From an uncultured Methanosarcinales archaeon (GTDB lineage Archaea; Nanobdellota; Nanobdellia; Woesearchaeales; CAXGTL01): a stretch of DNA of 64,000 nucleotides. Positions 40,986 through 49,851 of this stretch are shown here, piece after piece. Numbering within the stretch: position 1 is the stretch's first letter; each line of letters starts with the position of its first letter. The notes under the pieces are model-generated. The model saw nothing but the letters and a program-made list of their open reading frames with translations. It had not been told where the DNA came from and searched no databases. Where the stretch lies: NCBI GenBank assembly GCA_964645705.1, contig CAZYAB010000004.1, forward strand, positions 295 to 64,294. The letters run 5' to 3'. A program made the translations under genes and the position numbers.

Positions 40986-43166
40986 TTAAATAAAAAATTT
41001 AACAACAAGTAATATCAAGATTGCCAATAACAACACTGCAACAATTACTAGTAAAACAACATAAGCAGTTGAATCTGTAAATCCTTTGTCATCAATTATA
41101 ACTTGTCCTGCCCCTGTTCCTTCTGTTGAAGTTCCTTGATCTGTTTGATCTTGTTGTCCACCTGTTTGTGTTTGATCATCGCTTGAATCATCACTTGAAT
41201 CGTCTGTTGAATCATCTTGGCCAGCCAAAGCTTTAACAGTTAATTCTGTTTCAGCATAATCACTTTCTGTATCTGTATCATAATATGATTTGACTTTAAA
41301 CTTGTAAGTTCCTGCTTTAAATGATTCCTTTACTTCGAACTCAAAAGTATCACTGAATTTATGCTTTTTATTAGATAGATCTTGTTTTAGATCATGTATG
41401 TCGTCTTTTGTGTAAACCTTACTTATTTCTAACTCTTCGCACACAATTTCTAATTCAGCTTCATCTTCTTTATTTGCTCCTAAGTTTCTTATTTCAAAAT
41501 CTAGTCTTGCTCTATCTCCTTGATAAACAACTGGATTTTCAAATTTCAGTTTATTGATTTCAACAAAATGATCTCTTTTCTTTACTTCTAATGTTGCTGT
41601 CCACTCAAGCTTATGTGATGCTCCATTAGTATCTTCTCCATCAATAGTAATTATAACATTATAATTATCTTCATCAGCTTCTTCTGGAACAGTAAATTTA
41701 ATTTCTACTGTTTCTGATTCATCTCCAGCTTCAAGATCATCTATTGACTCTGATTCTTTTTCATCTTTACCATCATCAACTCTATCTAGAATTATTTCAG
41801 CATCAATATTTCTTATTTTGATGTCTTTTTCTTCTGTTTTAGTATCTGAAAAAATACTTTTAACTTCTAATGAAAATTCAAGATCACTTCCAGGTAAAAC
41901 TTCATAAATTTTTCCACCACTATTAAAAGAATCTTCAACATCTGTTTCTATATCATCATTATCAGGTGAATCATAGACAACATCTATTCTATTATCAACC
42001 ATTTCAAGCATTGATTTTGTGTTTAGATTTAAACCAACTGATTTATCATCAAGACCTGTTGCAGCAATTGTAATTGATCCAATTGAAATTATTCCTGAAT
42101 CTTGTGATGTTGGTACAGTTGCTTTAACTTGAATTTCTGCGCTTCCGCCTTTTTCTAATGAGAAAGCAGGTATTGAATCTGCAAATTCTGAACTTCCTTT
42201 CTTAAACTTAACAGCATAAGGATTATTTAATCCTGCTACAGAACTTACTGTTATTCCTTCAACTTTTTCATCCCCATCATTTTCTATTGTAAAAGCAAGA
42301 GCTGGAGTTTCAATACCCCTGCTTTGACTAGCTCCACCTAATGTAACAACTCCTTCAGATGTTTTTAATGATTTTCTTGATTCTCTTACATTAATTTCTA
42401 AAGGTACTGTTTTTGTTTTACCATCAGCATATGTAAATATAATATTTTCGCCAGTATATTTACCTTCTTGTTGACTAGTCGGAACTGTTAATGAAACAGT
42501 TGCAGTAACTTCTCCTAAATATCCTACACTTGTACTAGTTAATGATATAGCCATACCAGAAACATCTAATGTCGCGCCTTCTGCACTTGTCAGAGCATTT
42601 GGTTTTTGTATATCTGTAATTGAAAACTCTTTATTTCCTGTATTAGTTAATTTAAATGTAGTTGAATAAGATTTACCTATTAACACATCATTAAGAACAA
42701 AGTCAGGAACAGTCATTTCATATCTTATAGGTACGCTAAATGAAAAACCTTGAGTTGCTTCTAAAGCAGTAGGTGTTGTTGTAGAAACTTTAACAACCCC
42801 ATCATAAGTTCCTGGATATGTTTTAACAGGAACATTAACACTCATTGTTACGTCTTGAGTTGCACCAAATGCCAATGATGTAATTGGATTTGGATCAAAA
42901 GTTGCACCTGTTACTTTTTTATTAGTATCTGCTTGATTTTCAAAAGGAGTACTTAATTGTATAGCAACACTTGTTAATGGATCTCCTTCTGTTGCAGAAT
43001 TTCCTACTTGAAATGTTTTTGTATTGCTTGAATCATCTGCAATATCACCAAGATCTGTACTATCTCCTGGGTTTATTGTTAAAGCTGCATTAACTGAAAA
43101 TGCTAATGCAAATAAAATTACAAACAAAAACAATGTTTTTATTAATACACTTTTATTTAATTTCAT
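40986..43166 (-). CDS. Putative S-layer protein (Ig-like domains, C-terminal TM anchor)
   Basis: Signal peptide, beta-rich repeats, C-terminal region homologous to the end of the 2497-aa protein, D/S/Q/T linker then TM; GGTGA SD. Confidence 0.7.
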   Translation of the reverse strand: MKLNKSVLIKTLFLFVILFALAFSVNAALTINPGDSTDLGDIADDSSNTKTFQVGNSATEGDPLTSVAIQLSTPFENQADTNKKVTGATFDPNPITSLAFGATQDVTMSVNVPVKTYPGTYDGVVKVSTTTPTALEATQGFSFSVPIRYEMTVPDFVLNDVLIGKSYSTTFKLTNTGNKEFSITDIQKPNALTSAEGATLDVSGMAISLTSTSVGYLGEVTATVSLTVPTSQQEGKYTGENIIFTYADGKTKTVPLEINVRESRKSLKTSEGVVTLGGASQSRGIETPALAFTIENDGDEKVEGITVSSVAGLNNPYAVKFKKGSSEFADSIPAFSLEKGGSAEIQVKATVPTSQDSGIISIGSITIAATGLDDKSVGLNLNTKSMLEMVDNRIDVVYDSPDNDDIETDVEDSFNSGGKIYEVLPGSDLEFSLEVKSIFSDTKTEEKDIKIRNIDAEIILDRVDDGKDEKESESIDDLEAGDESETVEIKFTVPEEADEDNYNVIITIDGEDTNGASHKLEWTATLEVKKRDHFVEINKLKFENPVVYQGDRARLDFEIRNLGANKEDEAELEIVCEELEISKVYTKDDIHDLKQDLSNKKHKFSDTFEFEVKESFKAGTYKFKVKSYYDTDTESDYAETELTVKALAGQDDSTDDSSDDSSDDQTQTGGQQDQTDQGTSTEGTGAGQVIIDDKGFTDSTAYVVLLVIVAVLLLAILILLVVKFFI

Positions 43167-43359
43167 TTTGATATCACCATGTCTAGTTTTAAAGATTATA
43201 ACTTTATAGAGCCTCTAGAGCTCGAATTCCAACACCCCTAATTTTTGCTTTAATTATTCATGAGTAGTCACAAACAGTATATAAAGCTTATGATTCTACA
43301 AAACATATATTCAAGTATATAAGTCATTATATATAAATATTGAACTCTAAGCCTTTGAA

Positions 43360-44247
43360 ATGGCAAATATAGCATTTTCAAGCATTATAGGAGATTTTGT
43401 ATTAGATGAAAGATCAAAAAAGATTAAAAAGAAAAAACTAAAAAAAACAGAAAAATGCAAAAAAACACTTGAAACCAGTAAAAAAAGGCAATTTTTACTT
43501 TATTTGAGGAATAAAGACTATTTCAGACTATTTATCTCGAAAAATAAAGAAATAACAAAAAATAAAATAATAAAAAGCATAAATAATGAAAATCTTATAA
43601 TTCAAACAATAAACAACATAGAAGAAATAGAAAAATGCATAAACATGCTTTCAAAAAGACTTAGAGAATGGTTTTCTCTTCATTTACCAGAATTAGATAA
43701 AAAAACAGAAAAACACGAAAAATACGCAGAACTTATTATAAGAAAAAATAAATCAGACTTATTAAAACAATTAAAAACAAATAAACAACAATGTCTTGGC
43801 AAAGACCTTGATAAAAAACATTTAAATGAAATTAAATTCTTAGCAGGTGAAATATCAAACTTATTCAAATTAAAGAAAAAACATGAAAAATATCTTGAAG
43901 ACCTAATCAAACAATGCATGCCAAATACTCAAAAAGTAGCAGGAACATTAATATCTGCAAAATTACTTTCACACGCAGGATCTCTTCTTAGATTGATAGA
44001 ATTCCCATCATCAACAATACAATTATTAGGTGCAGAAAAAGCATTGTTCAGACATCTAAAAACAGGTGCTCGTTGCCCAAAACATGGATTGATTGTTTCA
44101 CACGAATTAGTTGTAAGAGCAAAAAATAAAGGAAAGATGGCAAGAATTTTGGCTGACAAAATATCAATTGCTGCAAAGGTTGATTATTTTAAAGGAGATT
44201 TTATTGGGGATGAGTTAAGAGAAAAATTAAACAAACTAAAAATATGA
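43360..44247 (+). CDS. nop5: C/D box sRNP protein Nop5/Nop56
   Basis: RLREWFSLHLPE, PSSTIQLLGAEKALFRHL, PKHGLI, GKMARILA.KISIAAKVDYF. Confidence 0.93.
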   Translation: MANIAFSSIIGDFVLDERSKKIKKKKLKKTEKCKKTLETSKKRQFLLYLRNKDYFRLFISKNKEITKNKIIKSINNENLIIQTINNIEEIEKCINMLSKRLREWFSLHLPELDKKTEKHEKYAELIIRKNKSDLLKQLKTNKQQCLGKDLDKKHLNEIKFLAGEISNLFKLKKKHEKYLEDLIKQCMPNTQKVAGTLISAKLLSHAGSLLRLIEFPSSTIQLLGAEKALFRHLKTGARCPKHGLIVSHELVVRAKNKGKMARILADKISIAAKVDYFKGDFIGDELREKLNKLKI

Positions 44248-44903
44248 AACAAACAAAATATCCAAAAATATTCGAAGACAAAGGAAGATTATACACGACT
44301 AACTTAGTCAAAGGTGTAAAAGTTTATGGAGAAAGATTAGCAAAAGAAAAAGGAATTGAATACAGACAATGGGATACAAGAAGAAGTAAATTAGGAGCAG
44401 CAGTAAAAAAAGGAATAAAACAATTAGGATTTAAGCCAGGAAATGTAGTATTATATTTAGGAAGTGCATCAGGAACAACAACATCGCACGTATCAGATAT
44501 TATAGGACTAGGCGGACTTATTTATGCAGTTGAATTTGCACCAAGAGTTATGCGTGATCTTATGTTTGTGTGCAATGATAGAAAGAATATTGCACCTATT
44601 TTGGCAGATGCTAATAAGCCGCAAGATTATGAAGATAAGATGTGCATGGTGGATTTTGTATTCCAAGACATTGCACAAAAAAACCAAGCAGACATTTTTT
44701 TAAAAAATTGTGAACTATTTCTAAAAGATGAAGGTTTAGCAATGATTGCTGTCAAATCAAGAAGCATTGACATTACAAAAAAACCAAGACAAATTTACAA
44801 AGAAGTAGAAAATAAATTAAAACAAAGCATGGAAATTCTTGATTTCAAAACATTAGATCCATTTGAAAAAGATCACTGTATTTTTCTATGTAAAAGAAAA
44901 TAA
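44244..44903 (+). CDS. flpA: Fibrillarin-like rRNA/tRNA 2'-O-methyltransferase
   Basis: VYGE, W...RSKLGA, VLYLGSASGTTTSHVSD, DIAQKNQ, IKSRSID-like AVKSRSID, LDPFEKDH. Confidence 0.95.
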   Translation: MKQTKYPKIFEDKGRLYTTNLVKGVKVYGERLAKEKGIEYRQWDTRRSKLGAAVKKGIKQLGFKPGNVVLYLGSASGTTTSHVSDIIGLGGLIYAVEFAPRVMRDLMFVCNDRKNIAPILADANKPQDYEDKMCMVDFVFQDIAQKNQADIFLKNCELFLKDEGLAMIAVKSRSIDITKKPRQIYKEVENKLKQSMEILDFKTLDPFEKDHCIFLCKRK

Positions 44904-44936
44904 ACACAAAACCAAATAATTTTCAAGATTAATATG

Positions 44937-44950
44937 AAAAGATTTAAATA
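44937..44950 (+). promoter_or_regulatory. BRE/TATA promoter of the cysteine locus
   Basis: GAAAAGATTTAAATA, about 24 nt upstream of the micro-ORF ATG, consistent with a leaderless transcript. Confidence 0.6.
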
Positions 44951-44973
44951 TTATCTATATATTACTAATTACT

Positions 44974-45012
44974 ATGATAAACACAATTTATTTAGGATGT
45001 TGTTGTTGTTAG
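44974..45012 (+). CDS. Poly-cysteine leader micro-ORF MINTIYLGCCCC (putative attenuator peptide)
   Basis: ATG ATA AAC ACA ATT TAT TTA GGA TGT TGT TGT TGT TAG, directly upstream of tRNA-Cys, cysM and cysS. Confidence 0.7.
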   Translation: MINTIYLGCCCC

Positions 45013-45071
45013 AATTCTTTCATTGTTTTAGTTTTTAATCCATAATCATTCAAGATTATTATGATTATTCT

Positions 45072-45143
45072 GGAAGTGTGGCCAAGCGGCTAAGGCAAGA
45101 GGCTGCAACCCTCTGATCCTGGGTTCGAGTCCCAGCACTTCCT
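45072..45143 (+). tRNA. tRNA-Cys (GCA)
   Basis: Acceptor GGAAGTG/CACTTCC, anticodon arm AGAGG-CTGCAAC-CCTCT, T-arm CTGGG-TTCGAGT-CCCAG, U73 discriminator, no encoded CCA. Confidence 0.95.
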
Positions 45144-45287
45144 TCTCAAAAACTAAGACAATAATGAAAGACATAACAAAACAAAGAAGAAAATACAAGA
45201 TTAAAAAAAACAAACCAAAATAATAAATCAAATAGATTTGATTAGAACAAAATAAAAACAAACAATATAGGAGGCGAACAAATATGT

Positions 45288-45307
45288 ATGCAAAACTTGT
45301 TTTGCAT
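45288..45307. promoter_or_regulatory. Perfect 9-bp inverted repeat upstream of cysM (operator or hairpin)
   Basis: ATGCAAAAC-TT-GTTTTGCAT. Confidence 0.4.
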
Positions 45308-45335
45308 GCTACGAATGAGATGGAGGCGAATGAGT

Positions 45336-46229
45336 ATGAAAAATAATATATTACACACAATCGGGGACACACCCCTTGTTAGGATAAACAAATTAAATCC
45401 TAACAAAAATGTAAAGATTTATGCAAAGGTTGAAGGATTTAATCCAACCGGAAGTATCAAAGATAGGATTGCATTAAAAATGATACAACAAGCAGAAGCA
45501 GAAGGGACATTAACAAAAGATAAAACAATAATAGAAGCAACATCAGGCAACACAGGAATAGGATTGGCAATGATTGGAACAGTAAAAGGCTATAAAGTTG
45601 AGATTGTTATGAGTAGTGCTGTTTCAGTTGAAAGAAGAAAAATAATAAAAGCATTTGGAGCAAAAGTAACCCTGACAGATCCAAGTCAAGGAACAGATGG
45701 TGCAATAAAAAAAGTAAAAGATTTGGTGGAAAGATTTCCTGATAAATATTTTACTACAGACCAATACACAAACAAATACAATAAGATTGCACACTACAAA
45801 ACTACGGCAGAAGAGATTTGGAAACAAACAGGTGGTGAAATTGATTATTTTGTTTCAGCATTAGGAACATCAGGAACAATAATGGGTGTTGGTTTAGCAT
45901 TAAAAGAAAACAATCCTAACATAAAGATTGTCGAAGCACATCCTGTGAAAGGACACTATATCCAAGGCTTAAAAAACATGGAAGAAGCAATTGTGCCTGC
46001 AATCTATGATCCATCAAAAATAGATGAATCAATAATGATAGAAACAGAAGACGCATTTGAAATGACTAGACAAATTGTAAAACAAGAAGGAATCTTTGTA
46101 GGAATGAGTAGTGGAGCAGCACTCTTAGCAGCAATAGAAATAGCAAAAAAAATAGACAAAGGTACAATAGTTGTTATATTTCCAGACAGAGGAGAAAAGT
46201 ATTTAAGTACAGACCTATTTAATGCATAA
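45336..46229 (+). CDS. cysM: Cysteine synthase (CysM/CysK family, PLP-dependent)
   Basis: IGDTPLV, KVEGFNPTGSIKDR (PLP Lys), EATSGNTG, GTSGT, IQGLKNM, PDRGEKYLST. Start at ATG 45336 behind GGAGG. Confidence 0.92.
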   Translation: MKNNILHTIGDTPLVRINKLNPNKNVKIYAKVEGFNPTGSIKDRIALKMIQQAEAEGTLTKDKTIIEATSGNTGIGLAMIGTVKGYKVEIVMSSAVSVERRKIIKAFGAKVTLTDPSQGTDGAIKKVKDLVERFPDKYFTTDQYTNKYNKIAHYKTTAEEIWKQTGGEIDYFVSALGTSGTIMGVGLALKENNPNIKIVEAHPVKGHYIQGLKNMEEAIVPAIYDPSKIDESIMIETEDAFEMTRQIVKQEGIFVGMSSGAALLAAIEIAKKIDKGTIVVIFPDRGEKYLSTDLFNA

Positions 46230-47652
46230 AGTACAAAAGCTGATTAAGATGATAAAAGGAAAATTAGTATTATATAATACTATGTCAAGGAAGAAAGAAT
46301 TATTTGAACCAATTGTGTCAGGTGAAGTAGGATTTTATGCATGTGGTCCTACTGTTTATTGGTACCAGCACATTGGTAATCTAAGGACTTATGTATTCAA
46401 TGACATACTTAGAAGAGTATTATTATATAATGGATATAAAGTAAAACAAGTCATGAATGTTACAGATGTTGGCCACCTTACCAGTGATGAAGACACTGGT
46501 GAAGACAAGATGGAAAAAGCAGCTGCAAAAGAAGGTAAAAAAGCACAAGATATTGCTAATTATTACTGGAAAATATTTAGACAAGATTTTAGAAAACTAA
46601 ATATTATTGAACCAGATATTTGGTGTAAAGCAACAGAATACATACAAGAACAGATAAATATGTTAAAAGTCCTTGAAAAAAAAGGTTTTACATATAAAAC
46701 ATCAGATGGTATTTACTTTGACACATCTAAGCTAGATGATTATGGTAAATTAGCAGGAACAAAAACAGAAGAACAAGAAGCTGGTCAAAGAATTGACATG
46801 AAAGAAAAAAGAAATAAAACAGACTTTGCTTTATGGAAATTTTCAGAAGAACCAGGTAAAAGACAACAAGAATGGGATTCGCCATGGGGAATTGGTTATC
46901 CTGGTTGGCATCTTGAATGTTCAGCAATGGCTGCAAAACATCTTGGAAAACAATTTGATATCCATACTGGTGGCGAAGAACACATACCTATTCATCACAC
47001 CAATGAGATAGCGCAATCTGAAGCTACGTTTGGTAAAAAACCATGGGTAAAATATTGGATACATACTAGATGGTTATTGTTTAAGAATGAAAAGATGGCA
47101 AAGAGTAAAGGAGAGATTTACACAATATCTGCTTTAGAAGAAAAAGGTTTTAATCCTCTTGCATATAGATATTTTACATTCACATGTATTTACAGAAAAC
47201 AGTTGAACTTTGGATGGGATGAATTAAAAACAGCGCAAAAAGCTTATGACAGATTGAAGAATATAATAAGAGAAATAAAGAAAAATGAAAGTGATGACAA
47301 AGAAATAAATGAATTATATTTGACAAAATTTGAGCACGCAATTAATGATGATTTTAATATGCCGCAAGCACTAGCTGTTTTATGGGACTTAGTTAGAGAC
47401 AAAGATGCTAAAGGTAAATTAAAGACAATTCAAGAAATGGAAAAAGTATTTGCTTTAGACTTGTTAGTAGAAGAAGAACAGGTTGAAGTTTCAGATGAAA
47501 TAAAAAGATTAATTGACGAACGCGAAGAAGCAAGAAAAGACAAAGATTTTACAAAATCTGACAAGATAAGAGATGCACTAAAAGAAAAAGGAATTATTTT
47601 AGAAGATACCAAGGATGGTGTTAGGTGGAAGAAGGTTCAATCAAAAACATAA
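46222..47652 (+). CDS. cysS: Cysteine--tRNA ligase
   Basis: YACGPTVY..QHIGN, DFALWK, WDSPWG.GYPGWHLECSAM, HHTNEIAQSE, KMAKS. Confidence 0.97.
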   Translation: MHKVQKLIKMIKGKLVLYNTMSRKKELFEPIVSGEVGFYACGPTVYWYQHIGNLRTYVFNDILRRVLLYNGYKVKQVMNVTDVGHLTSDEDTGEDKMEKAAAKEGKKAQDIANYYWKIFRQDFRKLNIIEPDIWCKATEYIQEQINMLKVLEKKGFTYKTSDGIYFDTSKLDDYGKLAGTKTEEQEAGQRIDMKEKRNKTDFALWKFSEEPGKRQQEWDSPWGIGYPGWHLECSAMAAKHLGKQFDIHTGGEEHIPIHHTNEIAQSEATFGKKPWVKYWIHTRWLLFKNEKMAKSKGEIYTISALEEKGFNPLAYRYFTFTCIYRKQLNFGWDELKTAQKAYDRLKNIIREIKKNESDDKEINELYLTKFEHAINDDFNMPQALAVLWDLVRDKDAKGKLKTIQEMEKVFALDLLVEEEQVEVSDEIKRLIDEREEARKDKDFTKSDKIRDALKEKGIILEDTKDGVRWKKVQSKT

Positions 47653-47663
47653 TAAAAAACAGA

Positions 47664-48440
47664 TTAAGCAACATCTTTTATAGTATCTGATGCTACACCA
47701 ATGATGTGGCCAGTAATACAATCTAAATAACTCTCACAGTAAATCACAGAATCATCATCATCTAATTCACTAGAATAACTGGTAGTAGAATCATCGCTAA
47801 CATAGCCAACAGGGAGAGCACACAAAAGCTGCAATCCTGGATGTATTGGTAGAGACCAACCACCTATCCTATTGTCACTCATTTCACTAATTGATTTTTT
47901 TTTAATAAGTTTCAAATAATCTTGAAAAAGTTTAGATTGGCCTTCTAATATAAATTCCCAAGCAGCTTCCCTAATTTTTTTTTCATTATATTGGTTTCTT
48001 CGAAGATTATATGCAACATCTGGGGAAAATACAAAGCCTTTTTCTTTTATAGCTTCATAAAGATCTTTACTTATTACAAGTGAGTGATGTGAAATACGCA
48101 TTTCAGGATTTAATGAATGAATTAATTCTTTAACAATTGGATCTGAATACAAACCAATTACTACTTCTCCTGATTTATCTGGGTCTACAGTAGTTATGCA
48201 GGCAGTATCAATCTCATTATCTTGTAACAATTTACGATCATAATCATTTTTTCCATTAACTCGTTGATCAATTAAAAATTCAGGTGTTATTGGATTTCTA
48301 GGGACATCAATAACATTGTTATCCTGATCTTTACCAGTTAAAAGTAATATCATTTGCTCAATGTTCCTTCCAGAAAATGATTTTAATTTTATAATTCCTG
48401 ATTCTGTTTTTTCTTGAAATATTAATTGTTTATTTTTCAT
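47664..48440 (-). CDS. Hypothetical protein (C-terminus reminiscent of DPANN DGR-target-like proteins)
   Basis: 258-aa ORF with an upstream TATA-like site; function inferred only weakly. Confidence 0.5.
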   Translation of the reverse strand: MKNKQLIFQEKTESGIIKLKSFSGRNIEQMILLLTGKDQDNNVIDVPRNPITPEFLIDQRVNGKNDYDRKLLQDNEIDTACITTVDPDKSGEVVIGLYSDPIVKELIHSLNPEMRISHHSLVISKDLYEAIKEKGFVFSPDVAYNLRRNQYNEKKIREAAWEFILEGQSKLFQDYLKLIKKKSISEMSDNRIGGWSLPIHPGLQLLCALPVGYVSDDSTTSYSSELDDDDSVIYCESYLDCITGHIIGVASDTIKDVA

Positions 48441-48644
48441 AGTATTAGTGAGTAAGTAACACTAATTAATATACATTCTCTACAGGAAAAGTAGGAGTTG
48501 AATTTAAGAAAATGCGTCTGTTGTTGTCCTTTTAAAGTAGTAATAAACAGAAAGATTTATATACTAATTATACTATACTACTTTATATGACAAAACAAAA
48601 CATTAATGTGGACAACAAGAGGGAACTAGTTAGTTTGCACTCTC

Positions 48645-48986
48645 GTGCTGATCGTCTTTGTTTCAGAGAAATTATTTCTTACTTTACTTAAATTTGCACA
48701 AGAAAGGTTAACAGCTAAACAAAAGGCTATTCTTAATATTCTAGTATATAATCCTGTATTAGCTAAAAAACCAGTTACTCAAGTAGTTGGAATTCTAAAT
48801 AAAGAACTTAACAGTTCTCTTTCTACAATTTGGTTAAATCTTAACCAATTGAAACGAATCCAATTAGTTGATTATGGTTCATTCAAAAGTAAAGGAAGAC
48901 CAATCAAACTTACTGAAATAGGAAAATTTTTAGCAAGAAATCTAAATAAGTCGGTGGGCTCAAAATATGGAGAAAAAGAAAAATGA
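48645..48986 (+). CDS. Winged-helix transcriptional regulator-like protein
   Basis: LTAKQKAILNIL...VTQVVGILNKELNSSLSTIWLNLNQLKRIQLV.......IKLTEIG. Start uncertain. Confidence 0.65.
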   Translation: MLIVFVSEKLFLTLLKFAQERLTAKQKAILNILVYNPVLAKKPVTQVVGILNKELNSSLSTIWLNLNQLKRIQLVDYGSFKSKGRPIKLTEIGKFLARNLNKSVGSKYGEKEK

Positions 48987-49134
48987 GAAAATTAGAACAA
49001 AAATTAGGAAAAACAGTAAACATATTTTTTATGGGTCATAAATTGACAATGTAAAAGAAAAAAATGTAAAAAATTGAAACAGAAAAAACACCAAAGGTCA
49101 TAGGATTATATTCAGCAGTAATTTAATTAATTTT

Positions 49135-49845
49135 TTATTTTTTCAACACAAAATAAACACGACGATTTCCCTTCCCCTTATTACTAGACTTAAGAAATTC
49201 AATTACACCTATTTCTTTAACATTCTTTACTTGTGTTCCACCATCAGGTTGTTTATCTAGATTAGGTAAGTCTACAATACGTAATTGTTTGATTGCAGGT
49301 GGAAGCACAGAAGCTAATTTTACCATATTTGGATCATTCATACACTCTTCACGATCCATATAATAAATCTTCACATCATGATCACCAGAAATATATTCAT
49401 TAGACTTAACAATTGCTTGTTTCAACAATTCAGGATCATATTTCTCAATATTAAAATCAATCCTTGTCTGATCAATACCTATTTGGTTACCAGTGATCTT
49501 TGCACCATAATCTTTAAACAAAAACCCACACAAAACATGACAAGCAGTATGCATTCTCATCAATTTATGTCTACGATCCCAGTTCAATATACCTTTTACT
49601 TTATCTCCTACTTTTAAACCAGGCTTATCAATCTGTAAAGAAATATCATCGCCAAACTTCTTCGCATAAATTACATTATATTCAACATCACCACAGATTA
49701 ATTTACCTTCATCATGTGGTTGTCCACCTGATTCACCATAAAACAAAGTTTTATCTAATACAACAAACTTATCATCTTTTACAGAAACAACTTGTGCTTC
49801 AAATTCTTTTTCATATGAATTGTCTAGATAGAGTAATTTAGTCAT
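49135..49845 (-). CDS. alaXM: Alanyl-tRNA editing protein AlaX-M
   Basis: TKLLYLDNSY, LDKTLFY..SGGQPHD.G, DRRHKLMRMHTACH, DGGT, KGKGNRRVY. Confidence 0.9.
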   Translation of the reverse strand: MTKLLYLDNSYEKEFEAQVVSVKDDKFVVLDKTLFYGESGGQPHDEGKLICGDVEYNVIYAKKFGDDISLQIDKPGLKVGDKVKGILNWDRRHKLMRMHTACHVLCGFLFKDYGAKITGNQIGIDQTRIDFNIEKYDPELLKQAIVKSNEYISGDHDVKIYYMDREECMNDPNMVKLASVLPPAIKQLRIVDLPNLDKQPDGGTQVKNVKEIGVIEFLKSSNKGKGNRRVYFVLKK

Positions 49846-49851
49846 TTTTTA

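Noticed and set aside
43214..43229. Overlapping XbaI-SacI-EcoRI sites (TCTAGAGCTCGAATTC) resembling a polylinker
   Set aside because: Only 16 bp, with no further vector sequence; sits in a normal divergent promoter region, so probably chance or a regulatory palindrome.
45013..45165. Bulge-helix-bulge processing site in the stem flanking tRNA-Cys
   Set aside because: The two possible 3-nt bulges are 6 bp apart rather than the canonical 4 bp.
45046..45372. 108-aa minus-strand ORF
   Set aside because: Antisense to tRNA-Cys and the cysM leader.
48521..48691. TTGTTGTCC/GGACAACAA inverted repeat around a TATA box, and an out-of-frame 34-codon ORF (48587-48691) overlapping the regulator start
   Set aside because: Only 9 bp with an 80-nt spacer; could reflect autoregulation or a frameshifted 5' end, but the evidence is too thin.
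48967..49054. Two tiny overlapping ORFs after the winged-helix gene, possibly a gene remnant
   Set aside because: Under 25 codons each, with no recognisable motif.
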